Assembly (NCBI GenBank): GCA_964033795.1
Contig: CAXITT010000024.1
Coordinates: 1,245,971-1,309,970, forward strand
Direction of reading: 5' to 3'
Source of the DNA: Lymnaea stagnalis
Lineage: Eukaryota
Length of the DNA: 64,000 nt
Positions 1 through 13,725 of this stretch are shown piece by piece. Position 1 is the stretch's first letter. Each line of letters opens with the position of its first letter. The notes under the pieces were generated by a model. That model searched no databases. It worked only from the letters and a program-made list of their open reading frames with translations, and was not told the origin of the DNA. Position numbers and translations under genes: made by a program.

Positions 1-940
1 AGGTACTGTGCTAGTTTATAGAGTTTTGTCCAAAATTTATTATCATGGGAAATTGTAAAAAGTAATTTTTGATGTCCTTTTCAAAAAGGAGTAGAGTAGT
101 TTCTAGGCTTTGGCATCCAGAAGAGCTATCAACATCAATAATAAATAAATGATATTCATCACAAACATGTAAATGTCCAAGTAATAGTTTAATGAATGCA
201 GAATTTTAATAAGTCACCTTCACATGTAAGGGGTGTTTCATTTCTCAGGGAGCAGACTTTGGTCTTCATACATGGTGATTTTCTGAGTTATAGTTACTTG
301 AAGTTGTGAAAGAAGATGGTATACAGTTTTGATAACAATCAGTGAACATGGTAGAACATAGGACATACACTTCACTTCTTTACTGATTGAGTTTTACTAT
401 TCCAACCAAGTGTGAAAGAAAGTGTGTGACATCTTCAAGAAGAAACAAAACATGCAATGCAACATTTGTAATCATGAATGACTTCCCCTCCAGACCACTA
501 AATATACAAACATTGGCTACTGGACTAGGTCAGTCTAACAAAAGCTATTTAAAACAAAAAGTCCTATGTGGACATTTAATACATTTTGATGAGACAAGAA
601 GACCATGGAGTCAAAGTCAAACACGTTCAAAGGAGAACAAAGAACATCACAGAAAAAAGTAGTCCACAACAAAAAGGTCATGATTTTTTTCTGTCCGAGA
701 TGGCTGTAAAGGTCAAGGTCGTCCCCAGTGCCGCTTGTGCCCTAAAAGCCAGGGTACACTGGTGTGTCACTCTCCATAAATCACACATCAAAATACCCTT
801 TTCGTTATAAGGTTAGATTTTTCGTGTAGACAGATTACTGTTACTGTTACCAAATGATTGCCTGTATCTATCAACAATGATATGTAGAGTTCAATATTAT
901 ACATAAATCCAAAAGTTTTCCAAACATCACTACTTTACAC

Positions 941-986
941 TACTGTTTGCAGGCTTGTTTGCACTACTGTTTGCAGGCTTGTTTGC
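941..986. repeat. Tandem repeat, 23-bp unit x2
   Basis: tactgtttgcaggcttgtttgca repeated. Confidence 0.8.
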
Positions 987-2207
987 TTTACACAGTAGAA
1001 TAGAGCCCAGGTAATGTAAACATAAGCTACCACACAGGTACAGAGGAGTTTGTTGACATAATTAGTTTCCTTAGTTTTTTACCTTTGAACAAGACCAAAG
1101 GAGAATGTCAACATCTGATCAGCAAACTTCTCCCCCACGACAAGGTAATGCCCAGGTAAATAAGCAGTCTGACATTTCTACAATGCCGAGTTGAAACTCT
1201 GAGCATCAGATGTTTACTAACCTTCTAAGTAGTTTGGTTAACTTGTATGTTGAACAAATTCATCATTTTCAACAGCAAAATGAAGCATCATTATTGGGGG
1301 AGTGATTAAATTATCGATGTGAATGTGGTGAAAATATTGAGTGGCCGGCCAAAAGCAACAACACTGTTGCAGCCAACGTTGAGACAAAACTAAGCCAGGG
1401 ATGAGAGAGCAGACTGAACCTATAGAGCCCGGAAGTCCACATGGTCAAGTTAATTGACACCATTACCGTGGCAACTAAGCCCAGGGGGTTCAGTGTTGAT
1501 GGTCAAGCCAATTTTAATAACACCAACCTTTAAAGCTTTGAAATCCCAGTAACAATTCAAGTGGCTGAACATTAAAACACTTTATGCCTTGAAAATCATG
1601 AATATAATGTGGATACTTTCCATAAATTGACATGAAACAGTTTAACAACAGCCCCATCAACCTCTCAGATTACATTCAGTTGTGGTACTTTTCTCAGTTG
1701 CAAATAACTGATGTCAGAGGCAGGGCTGTCTTGGCATTCCATGTACTTCGATGTTTTTAATGATACCGCAATGGAACAAATGACAGGCAAAAGTAATGAC
1801 ATGAAGGCGGTTATCAATTAGGTTTGTTTCCTCGAAATGGTTCCTGTACCATTTTTTAAGAAATAATTAAAAAAACTTGTTTCACACATAATCTGTCATG
1901 CCATAAGGTTAGTGTACAAAATCTTAAAAGCGTTCCATTTTTTAACCCATAGCATGACCTGCTGAGCCCTTACCCTTTAAGGGCAGTAATATATCTCAGA
2001 GCACAAGACAATAATAATTATAGTGTTGATGATGATGATAATAATAATATAGTAATAGAATAATAAATCTTAATGGTCATCTTATTCCACAGAAGACTAA
2101 CAGAAATTGCAAAAAAAAATTATCTCATAACAAACTACCAGGATTCATTTTGACCAACTTTACTCTGTAACTGTAATAATAATACAACTCTGTAGCACAA
2201 ATTCTTT

Positions 2208-2521
2208 CATTAACTAAGTTAGACAAAGGCTTCCTTTACTTCCTAATTTTATGTTCCTCATATTTATTTAAACACCACCCCCCCCCCACCCCCGCGGAAA
2301 AAAATAAGGACTAACACTATATTTCATAAAATAATTAATTATAAAAATTTTACTTTTTGAGAATTCATTAACTAAGTTAGACAAAGGCTTCCTTTACTTC
2401 CTAATTTTATGTTCCTCATATTTATTTAAACACCCCCCCCCCCCCCCACCCCCGCGGAAAAAAATAAGGACTAACACTATATTTCATAAAATAATTAATT
2501 ATAAAAATTTTACTTTTTGAG
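2208..2521. repeat. Tandem duplication, ~158-bp unit x2
   Basis: cattaactaagttagacaaaggcttcc...ccccgcggaaaaaaataaggactaacac...tactttttgag occurs twice. Confidence 0.85.
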
Positions 2522-3420
2522 ATTAACCACCTTTTGATCTAGCAACCTCCCCTCCCTCATCACCCACCCCTCTTCCTAACTTTTTATCTTTGTTAATGTA
2601 GTTTAAGTTTACAACCACTGTTTTATGTTTAAATATGTAAAGAATGAATCTCAAAAGCAAATGTATTTTTTCTAAGGGGATATAAAAAGTAGAGTCCAGG
2701 GATATTTAACATTGGTTTCCAAGGACTTTTAACACTAAGGTCCTGAAATTTTTAAGATGTGGGTCCATGGCTCTTAATATAATATTTTCCAGCAGAAGAA
2801 GTCAGAAGAAAATAACATAAACCGGGTACGTGAAACAATTGCATGAGGAAAAATTGCCTTTTTTGTGTGCAGGGTGGAAGACTGACAAGGGGAAGTAAAT
2901 GTAATTTGAGAAACGGGTGGGTGGGTGGGAGGGGCGGGGAGCAAATGAAAGGAAGAAAAAGTAAGTTGCATGACCCTGGTTGAAATCAAAACACAGTAAG
3001 CTGCATTACATTCAGTTGCTATGTAATCACAGGTAGCCAAGCTCACAGTTGCACAAACTTTGCTTAGAGAGAGAGAGGGAGAGACAAGAGCAGCACAGAT
3101 CAAACAACCAAGTATCACATTATGTTATGTATGTAAATGTTCATAAGATTCACTTCTGACAACTCACTAAGTCCTATGTCACTTCTTTAAACAATAAACT
3201 ATATGAAAGTAAAATATGGTACCGGTACTCAAGACTTTATGAAAGTACTTTACCTATGCTATTAACAACTTCAGAAGACAATTTTCTGAAAGTAAAATTT
3301 GGCACTCACAACTTTATATGAAAGCACCAAATGATAGTCACAGCTTTAGACACAACTATATGAAAATACAACAGGGTACCCAACAAGCAACATAAAAAAC
3401 AATTTTTTAAAAATAAAAGT

Positions 3421-3600
3421 TGGTAATCACAACTCAAGACACATCTAAATTAATCTCAATGCAAGTACAAGTTGGTATTCACAACTCAAGACACATCTAA
3501 ATTAATCTCAATGCAAGTACAAGTTGGTATTCACAACTCAAGACACATCTAAATTAATCTAAATGCAAGTACAAGTTGGTATTCACAACTCAAGATACAA
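3421..3600. repeat. Minisatellite, 52-bp unit x~3.4
   Basis: gttggtattcacaactcaagacacatctaaattaatctcaatgcaagtacaa repeats. Confidence 0.85.
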
Positions 3601-3743
3601 CTTCATGAAAGCAGCATATGGTGCTCTCAAAATCAGGCTAAATATCTGTCATGATTGAAGAGCGTTTCACAACTTTTTTTTTTAATTCTTAAGTTCAAAT
3701 CACCACATTTCATTCTCCTACAACAGTAACAGCTAAAATTATT

Positions 3744-4128
3744 ATTTAGTTTCTGTCATGAGAATACTAGGATTTAGTAGTCTATGTTTACAATTAAAAC
3801 AAGAATGGACTGATGACCATGGTATCATTCAGAGTTCAGCAACCTCTGTCATGAGAATACTAAGGATTTAGTAGTCTATGTTTACAATTAAAACAAGAAT
3901 GGACTGATGACCATGGTATCATTCAGAGTTCAGCAACCTCTGTCATGAGAATACTAAGGATTTAGTAGTCTATGTTTACAATTAAAACAAGAATGGACTG
4001 ATGACCATGGTATCATTCAGAGTTCAGCAACCTCTGTCATGAGAATACTAAGGATTTAGTAGTCTATGTTTACAATTAAAACAAGAATGGACTGATGACC
4101 ATGGTATCATTCAGAGTCCAGCAACATT
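3744..4128. repeat. Minisatellite, ~88-bp unit x~4.4
   Basis: tctgtcatgagaatactaaggatttagtagtctatgtttacaattaaaacaagaatggactgatgaccatggtatcattcagagttcagcaacc repeats. Confidence 0.85.
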
Positions 4129-6556
4129 TTTTAAAACACTACACACCCTGAAAGTTAGATGGGACAGAAGAACTTTTATACTAATAACAGAATATGTTTA
4201 ACATTCATAATAGCCGGTAAAGCTAAAATGTATCAGACTACACTCTGCTCTATCGTAACTGCCAGATTGGGACACATTTCCATGGCAGCAGTGTTTAAAA
4301 GTTTGGTAAGCTACCCAGTGTCCCTTTATTTTAACAGTTTTATCATATGTAAGTGCCTCCAAATTCCTCCTTGATTTTCCTCCTCTTGGAGGCATATTTC
4401 ACTGCAAACCTAGCATTATCTCATAACACACCGTTTGCTGAGCTCTGGTCTAATGATCAGAGGTCATTCATCTATGCCAACAATTTTAACAAGACTGGAC
4501 AACAACAATGTCCCCCTAAAGCCTGAACAATTAAATGGAGCAAAAAACAATATTTTTTAAATTAATATACAAATGGTACATTCACTGGTGCAAAGTTTAT
4601 AAACCCTTTCAGCAATCAATTTCAAGATAAGTGTAGTGGTGCATAATGATAAGAAAGAAAGGAATAGCAGAGGCAAAAGGGGTAAAAGTAAGAGTAAAAG
4701 ACAGATAAAATCTGAAGTTATCACTCAAGGATTAAACAACTTTTAACATGATGTATGTTATTTTATATAAAGTGCAGCTTTCATTTTTAGAACCACTTCT
4801 TTAAAGGAATATAGACCAAAATGATCTTCACGAAACAAAATTAAAGCATAATTTAAATACTAGTCATTAGGTTTGTCATTCTCTGTCCCACAGCAATGCA
4901 CTCAAGGAACTGAGACCGGGCCAATCATCATTACTTTATGTCATGATGACACATGAAACATGACCATTGTACAAGATAGATAATAAATATGGTTAAATTT
5001 CACATGTGTACAATCTCAACACTGGGAGATGGGATGAATAAGAATAAACACAATAAAAATTTCACAATAAGAAGCATTTCAAAACTGGTTAATGGATATT
5101 TTAGATAAAAACAATGTTAAGGTTTCACAATGAGCATCCTCTCAAATCTGGAATATGGATGTAATAAGCATTGGTGAAACATTTTGTCGTTTCTTCTACA
5201 GCTATTTCATTAGTGCCATTTAAAATATTTACCGTACTGTCATTGTAAGTACAATATGCTAGAGCTTCACATATTCTAAACCTGCTCATTACAGTAGCGA
5301 TATCTAATGATATACTATTGGCTTTTTTAAGTTAGCTACACGGAATTGATTTTGTTTTTATTTTACAAAATTATTCAGTCATACGAGTTACACAGACCCT
5401 AATTATCTTGTTACTAGTCAGACTCTTCACAACACATACCCGGTACAAAACAACATGTAATAAAAAATTCTCCTCTACGGTCCAAAAATATAACATTTAC
5501 ATTTCTCCCAGACATGCGCAAAAAGATAACAATTGTTATACAAATAAATACAAGACTTGCATATCATCATAATATAGTGTGATGGTTTTTATGTATGTCT
5601 TTGTCCAATTCTTTTGATCCTCACACTGGATAAAATTGAACAGGGACTAATCCTTTGTATGTGAAAGCTCTTAAGAACATGTCCTTCTCTTATTCCCGTA
5701 CTTGCCTTCAAAGCAATTATAAATTATAATGAAATATCCTAACAGGTTTTATGCATAGTTCCAAGGCTGGAACTGGAATTGCATTTACTTCAAATAAATT
5801 ATAATTACTGAAGAAATCTTAGCAATGGATTAGAAGGAAAAATCCTTATTGGTGTATAAATAACAGCTGCGAAATACCTTATTGGAAAATTAAACCAAAA
5901 AAAGACATTAAATTATGAATAGCATACAACTTTTCATGAAATCAGAAATTCATAAGATTTAAAAGAACATTTTTTAAACAGAAGAATAGAAAGAAAACAA
6001 GTTCCTGTAGGAATAATTTTAAATTAGAAAAAAGAAGAAAATGTCATTTACAAAATACTGTTCTGAAGATCTTTTTCAAAGCATAAAAAGGAAAAGACAA
6101 AAGATTAGCACTTAATTCCTTGTTAAATTTAATTACTAAACGTGGTCTTGTATTATTTATTTTTTCAAAAATAATAAACACTTTAATATTAAAACATGAA
6201 GCACAGGGTTGGTGAAATTTGATAACAGCACAAACGTAATTTGTCTCAATTACTAAGTGCCAGTGGATTCCTACTAGCTATAACTTAACTTTTATTTTCT
6301 TCCTCGCTTTTTTTTTCTTCTTGTTTTGCTGAAAAATATTTTGGCTGTTTTGTAGTGCCCTTGGGTCTTTTCTCAAGTTTTAACCTATCATGTGCTTTAT
6401 TTTTTTATTATTTCACAACTTGATTGCAATTTGCCCCATATTATTGTGCACTGATATGAGTCAGTTGGATAATCCAATTATAAGAGGTAGGGTAAATTCT
6501 AATACAGTGCATTCTTCCAAAAAAAGCAATTGTGAGAAAAAATGGGATGTGTAAAG

Positions 6557-6917
6557 TCACAAAAGAAGCATAGTCTCAAAACTTTCAAATGAGTTGTAGT
6601 CCACATTTTGCTGAACTTGAAATGCATAATGGCCATGGCAGCTGGCTATGCGGACGTTATTAATATCATCATCCATGAGAATAATTTCATTCTTTTTTAG
6701 GGTGACGTTGTAATCACGATGGATGGCAGCAATGACAGCTTCAATGTGCGCTTGCTTACCATTGAGTTCTGGCATGAAAACTCTAACTACTGTAGAAGGT
6801 GAAGTTGCAGAGGTGCTTACAGCTGCATTACAAGGTTCGCTGGTACCCACACTGGACGTCCGCTGTTTTTGCATGAAATCAATTGTATTTGCTTGGATGT
6901 ATATCTTTTTTGCCACC
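6557..6917 (-). CDS. MDP1-like exon 2 (terminal; TAA stop at revcomp 6557..6559)
   Basis: Acceptor ctatttttcag|g; encodes (K)VAKKIYIQANTIDFMQKQRTSSVGTSEPCNAAVSTSATSPSTVVRVFMPELNGKQAHIEAVIAAIHRDYNVTLKKNEIILMDDDINNVRIASCHGHYAFQVQQNVDYNSFESFETMLLL*. Confidence 0.6.
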
Positions 6918-7639
6918 CTGAAAAATAGAACAATCAGCTAAATTGTGATGTACTTTTTTTCCATTGCAATATGCAAGTCAGCAGATTATGAGTATTTTAT
7001 TGCACGTGCCTGTGAGCCAAAGCATTTTCTTTATTATAAAATATTTAGCATATATATTATTAATGTGTGGGCAGCTTTTTATGTGCAGAGAGCCACATGG
7101 AAATGAATTTTGGTTGAGCTTGTCACATGATACTGATTGTAAACATATTTTTTTTTGGAATCTATTCTTGTTTTTAATACACATAGTTGAATAAGGGCTT
7201 TGAAAACTCACTCTAAATTCAGTTCAAAATAAAGCAGTGGAATAATTTTTGATGCCACTCAGCCAGTTCAGACAAACAGAATAATTATGTAACAAAACTG
7301 CTTTACATTCTTAGATGCAGTCAAAGAAGATGAGGGGGGGCGTGAAGTTGCCGCTAGGGCGACTAGTCTAAATATTACAGTTGACGCAGCCAGCTCAATA
7401 GATACGTTGTTATTTTTATAGACTTTGACATCCCCACAAATCCCCTTACCCAAGCATTCTCCTTATTCAAAAACCCCTACCTCACCTCTCTTACCTTAAA
7501 GCTCTAAGCGCTTTACAATTATTAAAAACATGTAAACTAACTAAAATAAAAATGAGACATTAGGATAGTAACTACTATACTATAGAAACAATTAAAATGG
7601 CTATAAAACAAGGACACTTTGGCACGTTTTGGCCTATAT

Positions 7640-8880
7640 TACAGGATTAACCCGAGACAGAAAATGAGGCAGGGCAAGGGGGGTGCATCACAGGTCATAG
7701 GCGGACCTAAACAGATGGGTTTTAAGGGACTTTTTAAAAGTGGACGAGGTTTCACAATGACGGATATGGAAGGGGAGCTGGTTCCAGAACGGGGGCCCAT
7801 GAAAGTAGAAGGAGCGTTCACCGATGGTCTTAGTTTTGGTTCTTGGGATTGAGAGGGTTCTACTGTCAATGGAAGAACGTAGTTGTCTTGTGGGGATGAT
7901 GTAAGGAAGCAACAGTTCAGAGAGATAGACAGGAAAGTGAGGGTCAGTGAACGAGTTGAAGCATAGATTGGCAGACTTGTACTTGATGCGAGAGGATATT
8001 GGAAGCCAGTGGAGTTGCCGCATGTGTGGTTGAATGTGGTCATGTTTCTTTGATTTAAAAATGAGTCTGCATGCTGAGTTCTGTGCCTTCTGAAGTTTGT
8101 CTATGTGGTGTTGAGGAATGCCTGCGAGAAGAGTGTTACAGTAGTCAAATTTTGAAAGAATGAGTGAAGAGACGAGAGTTTTTGTGGCATCAAAGGAGAG
8201 GAGGTGTCTAATGGTGCTGATTTTTCTAATTTCGTTATATGCTGATCTGCATATATTCGTGACATGTTTGTCCATGGAGAGGGTGTCTGTAAGCGTGACT
8301 CCAAGGTTTCTGGCAGAGGAAGAGAGTGTGATGTCAGAGTTGCCAATAGATATAGAAGAAGGAGCGGATGGAGGGAGAGGTTTGTTTTGAGAGTGGATGA
8401 GAAGGATTTCCGTTTTATCATCATTTAGCTTCAGTTTGTTGCAAGTCATCCAACGCTTTACATCGTCCACGCACTCCTGTATGCGAAGGATTGTGGCATC
8501 AAGTTGATCAGGAAAGCAAGAGTCACTGATTTGAGTGTCATCAGCAAAGGATTGACTGGAAACTGAGTGGTGGCTAATGAGAGATGATAGAGGTTTAGTG
8601 TAGAGGATGAAAAGGACCGGCCCAAGGACCGATCCTTGAGGAACTCCAATAGACAGGGCTGAAGGTTTGGAAGAGCGGTTGGAAATAGATACTGTTTGAG
8701 TTCTGTCGGAAAGATATGATTGAAACCAGTTTAAAGCTGAGCCAGTAAGTCTGAAAGAAAGATGAAGGCGGTCAAGAAGAATCTGGTGGTCAATGGTATC
8801 AAATGCAGCAGAGAGATCTAAAAGAGTGAGAATAGAGAGTTTGCCATCGTCCATCGCGCGCAGGAGGTCGCTCATGACTC
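7640..8880 (-). mobile_element. LINE fragment (L2/CR1-like reverse transcriptase domain), inside the MDP1-like intron
   Basis: A 395-aa minus-strand ORF with the RT motifs LLDLSAAFDTIDHQIL, GVPQGSVLGPVLF and FADDTQ. Its C-terminal tail ERSFYFHGPPFWNQLP...FKKSLKTHLF is typical of L2-clade elements. Confidence 0.8.
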
Positions 8881-11781
8881 GGACCAGTGCTGTTTCTGTG
8901 CTATGACCAAGTCATAATATAAGAAGGATGGTTCCAACTTTTAAAAAAGAAATTACAACCAATCGTTTTTCTCGGTCCATTCGCTGCCAGATCTTAATAA
9001 GAAAGGACTCAAACTCCAACAAACAAAATTATTTAATTTTTTTTAAAATCAGAAAATTACCCAAATACTTTTCTGAAAATCGTAGTTTTGGCGGGTCTTG
9101 TCGTACAATCGTAAAAGACATCTAAAAATCGTACATTGTATGCCAAAATCATTAGAGTAAACAGGTCTGTTTCCATCATAATTATTAAAACAGATGGACC
9201 ATTTTACATATAACACTATGATGATTAATTCTTAAAGGGTTTTATAAATAATTATTCATAGTTTGTACATTTTAAGAAAACATTGATCCAGTTCCCAGAA
9301 GATCTTCCCCAAATGTTTTAACAAGCCACAAGTAGTCTGTAGACCATAGTAGATACTTTGACAGAAATTTAAATTATTGTCCTATTAAATCATTTTAAAG
9401 AGCTAGCTATAAGCTTTGCAAAAACACCAATTTCATCTTTCTAGCTTTTATAGAAATGGAGTTATGATTGTTACTTTTTAAAACTTTTAAAGCCTTTTAT
9501 TTATTTTTTTACTTAATGATAAAAACTAGTGACCAACTTTCCACATTTCTGCCTTATTTTTCCCACAAATACTTGTATTTTTTTTAAAATGTTACTAAAT
9601 TCTCAGGAGACATTCTCAATGCTATAAATAACACAATGAACAAGAAAACTTTTACATAATAAGACTTTGTATTTTGGATAATTTTATTTAAGGGTATGTT
9701 AAAAAAATCATGAACAGAAAAATTGAAAAAAAAAATTACCAGATATAAAGGCCAAAACAAAAACATTACATGTTCAATATATTTTAATTGATAATATGTT
9801 TCAGTTACAATTTAAATCAATTCTTATATTTCTAGAAATTTAAATAAAAAAATTTGAATGCATGAAATTGTAAATATAAATAACTAAAATTACCCATAAG
9901 ACTTATATGAGCCTACCTCAGGTATAATGTGTTTTGAGTTATGAGTATGTTCTACCTGTCATATTCTTGGTAGACTGCTTTCTTATGCTTTCATAAATTT
10001 TGCTTTGCCATCTATGTCTAAATGTGCCTCATTCCACCAAGTTCTGCAATAGAAAATATTGTCTTGTACCTGAAAGAAGCCTAGAAATAACATCTAATCA
10101 TAATCCTGAAGCTGCACAATCCTTAGTTTATTTTAATATTAAAAATGTTTCTTTATTAAAAATCATTTCTTTTTTTTATGTTATTTGAAACATTAAATAT
10201 TTGTCTATGTAAAATGTTTTTCTATTTCCTAATAAAAATATAATTAGTATGACAATGGTGAGTTTTTTCATTTATTTGAAGTCTTTCATTAAACATTTTA
10301 TAGGCTAATTTACATACTACCTCAAAGACTGTTATGTAAATGATTTTACAATTATTTTGATCATAATTATATAATTTAGCAGAGAGCCTATGCCTATATG
10401 ATAGCACTAGACTCAAAGTCTAAGTCTAAGACTAAAAGTGAAGACACAGTAAGTAAGCCATGTATTAGAATATTACATTTACTTAACAAGAAATTAAAAT
10501 TTATAATTAAATGCCTTATGAAATTTAAAAATAATAACTTTAATTAGGCCTGAAAGTGCAGGTGTAGTAAGAGAATAATATTAGTATTAGTTTAGTAGGC
10601 TTAGGATTTTATAACTGTTATTGATTGTTATAACTTATATGTACCAGTAGGCCTAATTTTAGTAACATTCTCCATTTGAGTAGTCATTAATGAGATAATA
10701 ACAATTATTATTATTGCTATTACTATTATTAAACTATTAATTAATGATTCACTAATGAAGAATGGATAAAATAGGTACACACAATTTTTTATACCTAAAT
10801 AGTAAAATAGCAACCCTTAGTCTCTACGAAAAACTGCTCTAGTTTGGTTATAATCTTTTCTTAAATTTTGTAGAACTATTCATTTTAAACTTCTTTGAAT
10901 TTTTGGGGATTCAACAATAAGGAAACACCTCATAACTGACAGCGATAAGAGTCAATTCCTTAAAAGAGTGCACAACTTTTATTTGAATTTGTCAATTATA
11001 ATAACTTAAATGTGTTTAAACTCCAAAATGGATGAAATTTCCTGGAACTAAAACTTTTTTTTAAAGGAATAACTAACAAAACGTATATAGGCACTATGTG
11101 ATCTATGACTATGCTTACCGAATCCGTTATGACAATCCTGTCCATGACACAAAAAACCTCACGGCATAAATTCCTTAAAATCACCAGAACACAAAAAATG
11201 TATACTGCATCACTGATGAGGAAAGCAATTTTTAATTAGACAAATTTTAAAATGTATAAAATTTTCCGAAATCAACGCATAGCCAGACCGATATCTTGAA
11301 AATGAAAAAAGTTTTTGCATCATTTTTCTGTCTGCGGAGATTGGTGCACAAACGAATATCAAAGTAGCTAGCCACAGGTTGCCCACACATGCTATAATAA
11401 CGCTTATAGTATTATTGTAACTCATAGGCATTTAAAGTTTGACATTCAATCATTAAATCTATACACTGTTAGTATCTATTAAAGCCATATAGACATAGAC
11501 ACTAACTATAGAATAATTTGGTCAATTTCCACAATCCGCACCATGATGTGTATCTGTGTAGGATTCTCTCCCTTTTGTTATTCTTTTTGTTGTTACAAGA
11601 GTTAACTTTTTCTTAATTCGAAGATGGAATGTTTTAATTTAAAATTTCATTGGTTGGTTAATGATGGGTCATGGCAGCCAAGGTGCTGGCCCTGGGAAAC
11701 GCCATGGCCTGGATAGCCTAAATAAAAAATATTTTAAATCCTCAAACTGAATTATACTTATAGTAATAACCAAGATCTTAC

Positions 11782-12083
11782 TTTTTTGGCAGAACTTTCA
11801 AGAGCACTTCTTTTATAATCCATTCCTGTCTGTGAAATGTAACAATTGCTACAAAAAGGCCTTTATGTGATGCAACTTCCATCAAATCCCTCATACAAGG
11901 TCTGACATGAGATGCAAGCTTGTCAACGCCTTCATTCCACATGCCTCCTGAGTGTATGTCAATAATAGTCTTGTCAAAATCGAGTGCCAAGAGTTTGATA
12001 CCTTTTTTGGTTAACGCCACAACAAATGAATCTAACTTTGCCCGAGCCTGTTTACTTGGCTTGTGGTTACCAGAACATGCCAT
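11782..12083 (-). CDS. MDP1-like exon 1 (ATG = revcomp of 12081..12083, aaaATGG context)
   Basis: Encodes MACSGNHKPSKQARAKLDSFVVALTKKGIKLLALDFDKTIIDIHSGGMWNEGVDKLASHVRPCMRDLMEVASHKGLFVAIVTFHRQEWIIKEVLLKVLPK; donor aa|gtaaga, phase 2. Confidence 0.6.
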
Positions 12084-12479
12084 TTTACTTCTTTTACAGC
12101 AACAGATATACAGGTCAACCATTTATCTTAAAACAAAAATATTCGTAAACTTAATATCCGAATCCTCAAGCAATGAAATTGCATGTAAAGTAAATTGCAT
12201 TGCATTTACTATCATTTACATGTCTGTACCAACCTCCTAAAAACACAGAAAATTTAATTGCAGACGTCGAGAGTTGCCGCTCTTTGGTGTAAGAAAATAC
12301 TTTTTCTTCCGGGGCAAAGGTACACAGGTACTGAATTATTTCCCATTTTACTTCGATGCATATCATTTTTTTATTATTATTAATTTATTTATTTATTTTT
12401 TTTTAATTTGTGGCAGAGGCGTAGCTAGAGTATTGGGAGTCCGGGGAAATATTTGGCATGGGTTCCATACTAGACTCAT

Positions 12480-13430
12480 CATCATCATGACCATGTCTCT
12501 TAGTTCTTGGACCGTTAGGGCGCCACAGATGACATGTGAACCATCCTCCTCCATTCGTCTCTGTCTTCGGCACTACGCACTGCATCGCCCATTGTTAGTC
12601 CTGTCCACTCTTTAATGTTATCCTCCCATATTTTTCTTTGTCTTCCTCTTCTTTTTCCTCTTCTTCTCCCTCCTCTTGTGGTGCCCTGCAATATTTCTTT
12701 GGCAAGCCCTTGTTTCCTTGTTTCATGGCCGTACCATTGTAGTTTGCGTTTTTTCACAGTCACCAGTAGGTCAACGTACTCACCAAGTGCCTGAAGAACC
12801 CTTTCTTTCACTGTATCATTGGAGATATGGTCCCTATAGCAGATGCCAAAAATGCTTCTGCAGCATCTCATCTCCATCGCCTTTATTTTCCTTTCAAGAT
12901 CGGCTGTTAATGTCCAGGACTCGCAGGCATAGAGAAAATGGAGAGGACTACTGAGGGTATCAGCCTGATTTTGGTGCTGGGGGCTATATTTTTGTCATTC
13001 CATATTTTCTTGAGCTTCTTTAGTGCTGTTTTAGTCTGCGCAATCCTGGACATTAGTTAGGGCTTGGAGCCTCCTTCTGAGACTATAGCTCCTAGGTATT
13101 TGAAGCGGCCGACAGTCTCTAATATTTCCTCCCCGACCTTAATTTCAGTGGTGATGCCTGCGGTTTTATTTGTAATCAATTTTGTCTTTTCGGCACTGAT
13201 TAACATGCCGTAGGACGACGAGGTCTCATCGAGACGCTTAACCAGGTTGGCGCTAGCTCTTCTTCGTTCCCAGCCAGTCCGTCTATGTCGTCCGCAAAGC
13301 GTAGTTTGGTGATTTTTCTGCCACCAATGCTGACTGTCCCTTCATGTGCTTCCAGAGCATCTGACGTAATTCTCTCTAGGAAGATGTTGAATACTAGACT
13401 AGGTTTTGCTTATCTTTTCATATTTGATAT
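12480..13430 (-). mobile_element. LINE 3' fragment (RT C-terminal region)
   Basis: ORF 12515..12877(-) carries the LINE C-terminal signature KRKLQWYGHETRKQGLAKEILQGT...RGRQRKIWEDNIKEWTG...DRDEWRRMV. It is ~80% identical over >250 bp to 49985..50600. Confidence 0.75.
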
Positions 13431-13659
13431 GGGCATGGGTTGTCTCATAGAAACAATTGAAACATTTGAATTTGATACATATAATTGAGGGGAAAAAAAC
13501 TTAAATTGATTCATAGGTTCAAGTTTATTTTTAGAATCTATTTGTTTAACAAAATTGCTTTATCATAAACAATTGTTGATTTTTAGATGTTTTTGTTTTA
13601 AATTATTTGTATTATTAATTTTGAGTGAAAACCCTAGACCCAAGAACCCCCCCCCCCCC

Positions 13660-13702
<43 letters not shown>

Positions 13703-13725
13703 ATAAAAATAATAAATAAATAACG

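Larger units (their letters stand above)
6557..12083 (-). other. Gene span: small HAD-superfamily phosphatase, magnesium-dependent phosphatase 1 (MDP1)-like, 2 coding exons, ~220 aa
   Basis: HAD motif I LALDFDKTI (DxDxT), motif II AIVTF, and motif IV IILMDDDINNV. VTFHRQEWIIKEVLLKV resembles MDP-1 family SRTWAPEIAQEILKIF. LMDDDINNVRIASCHGHYAFQV resembles MDP-1 FFDDERRNI...GVTCIHI and LFDDESRNKEVEKYGVKFVYV. I recalled the family sequences from memory and they need database confirmation. Confidence 0.6.

Noticed and set aside
1300-1560. Non-AT-rich island (tggccggcc...gcccagggggttcagtgttgatggtcaagcc) considered as an RNA gene or SINE
   Set aside because: No tRNA-like A/B boxes, no recognisable snRNA motifs, and no flanking repeats. 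Nothing supportable by eye.
7688-8875. 395-aa minus-strand ORF considered as a host gene
   Set aside because: Clear LINE reverse-transcriptase motifs (LLDLSAAFDT, GVPQGSVLGP, FADDTQ). It is a retroelement fragment inside the MDP1-like intron.
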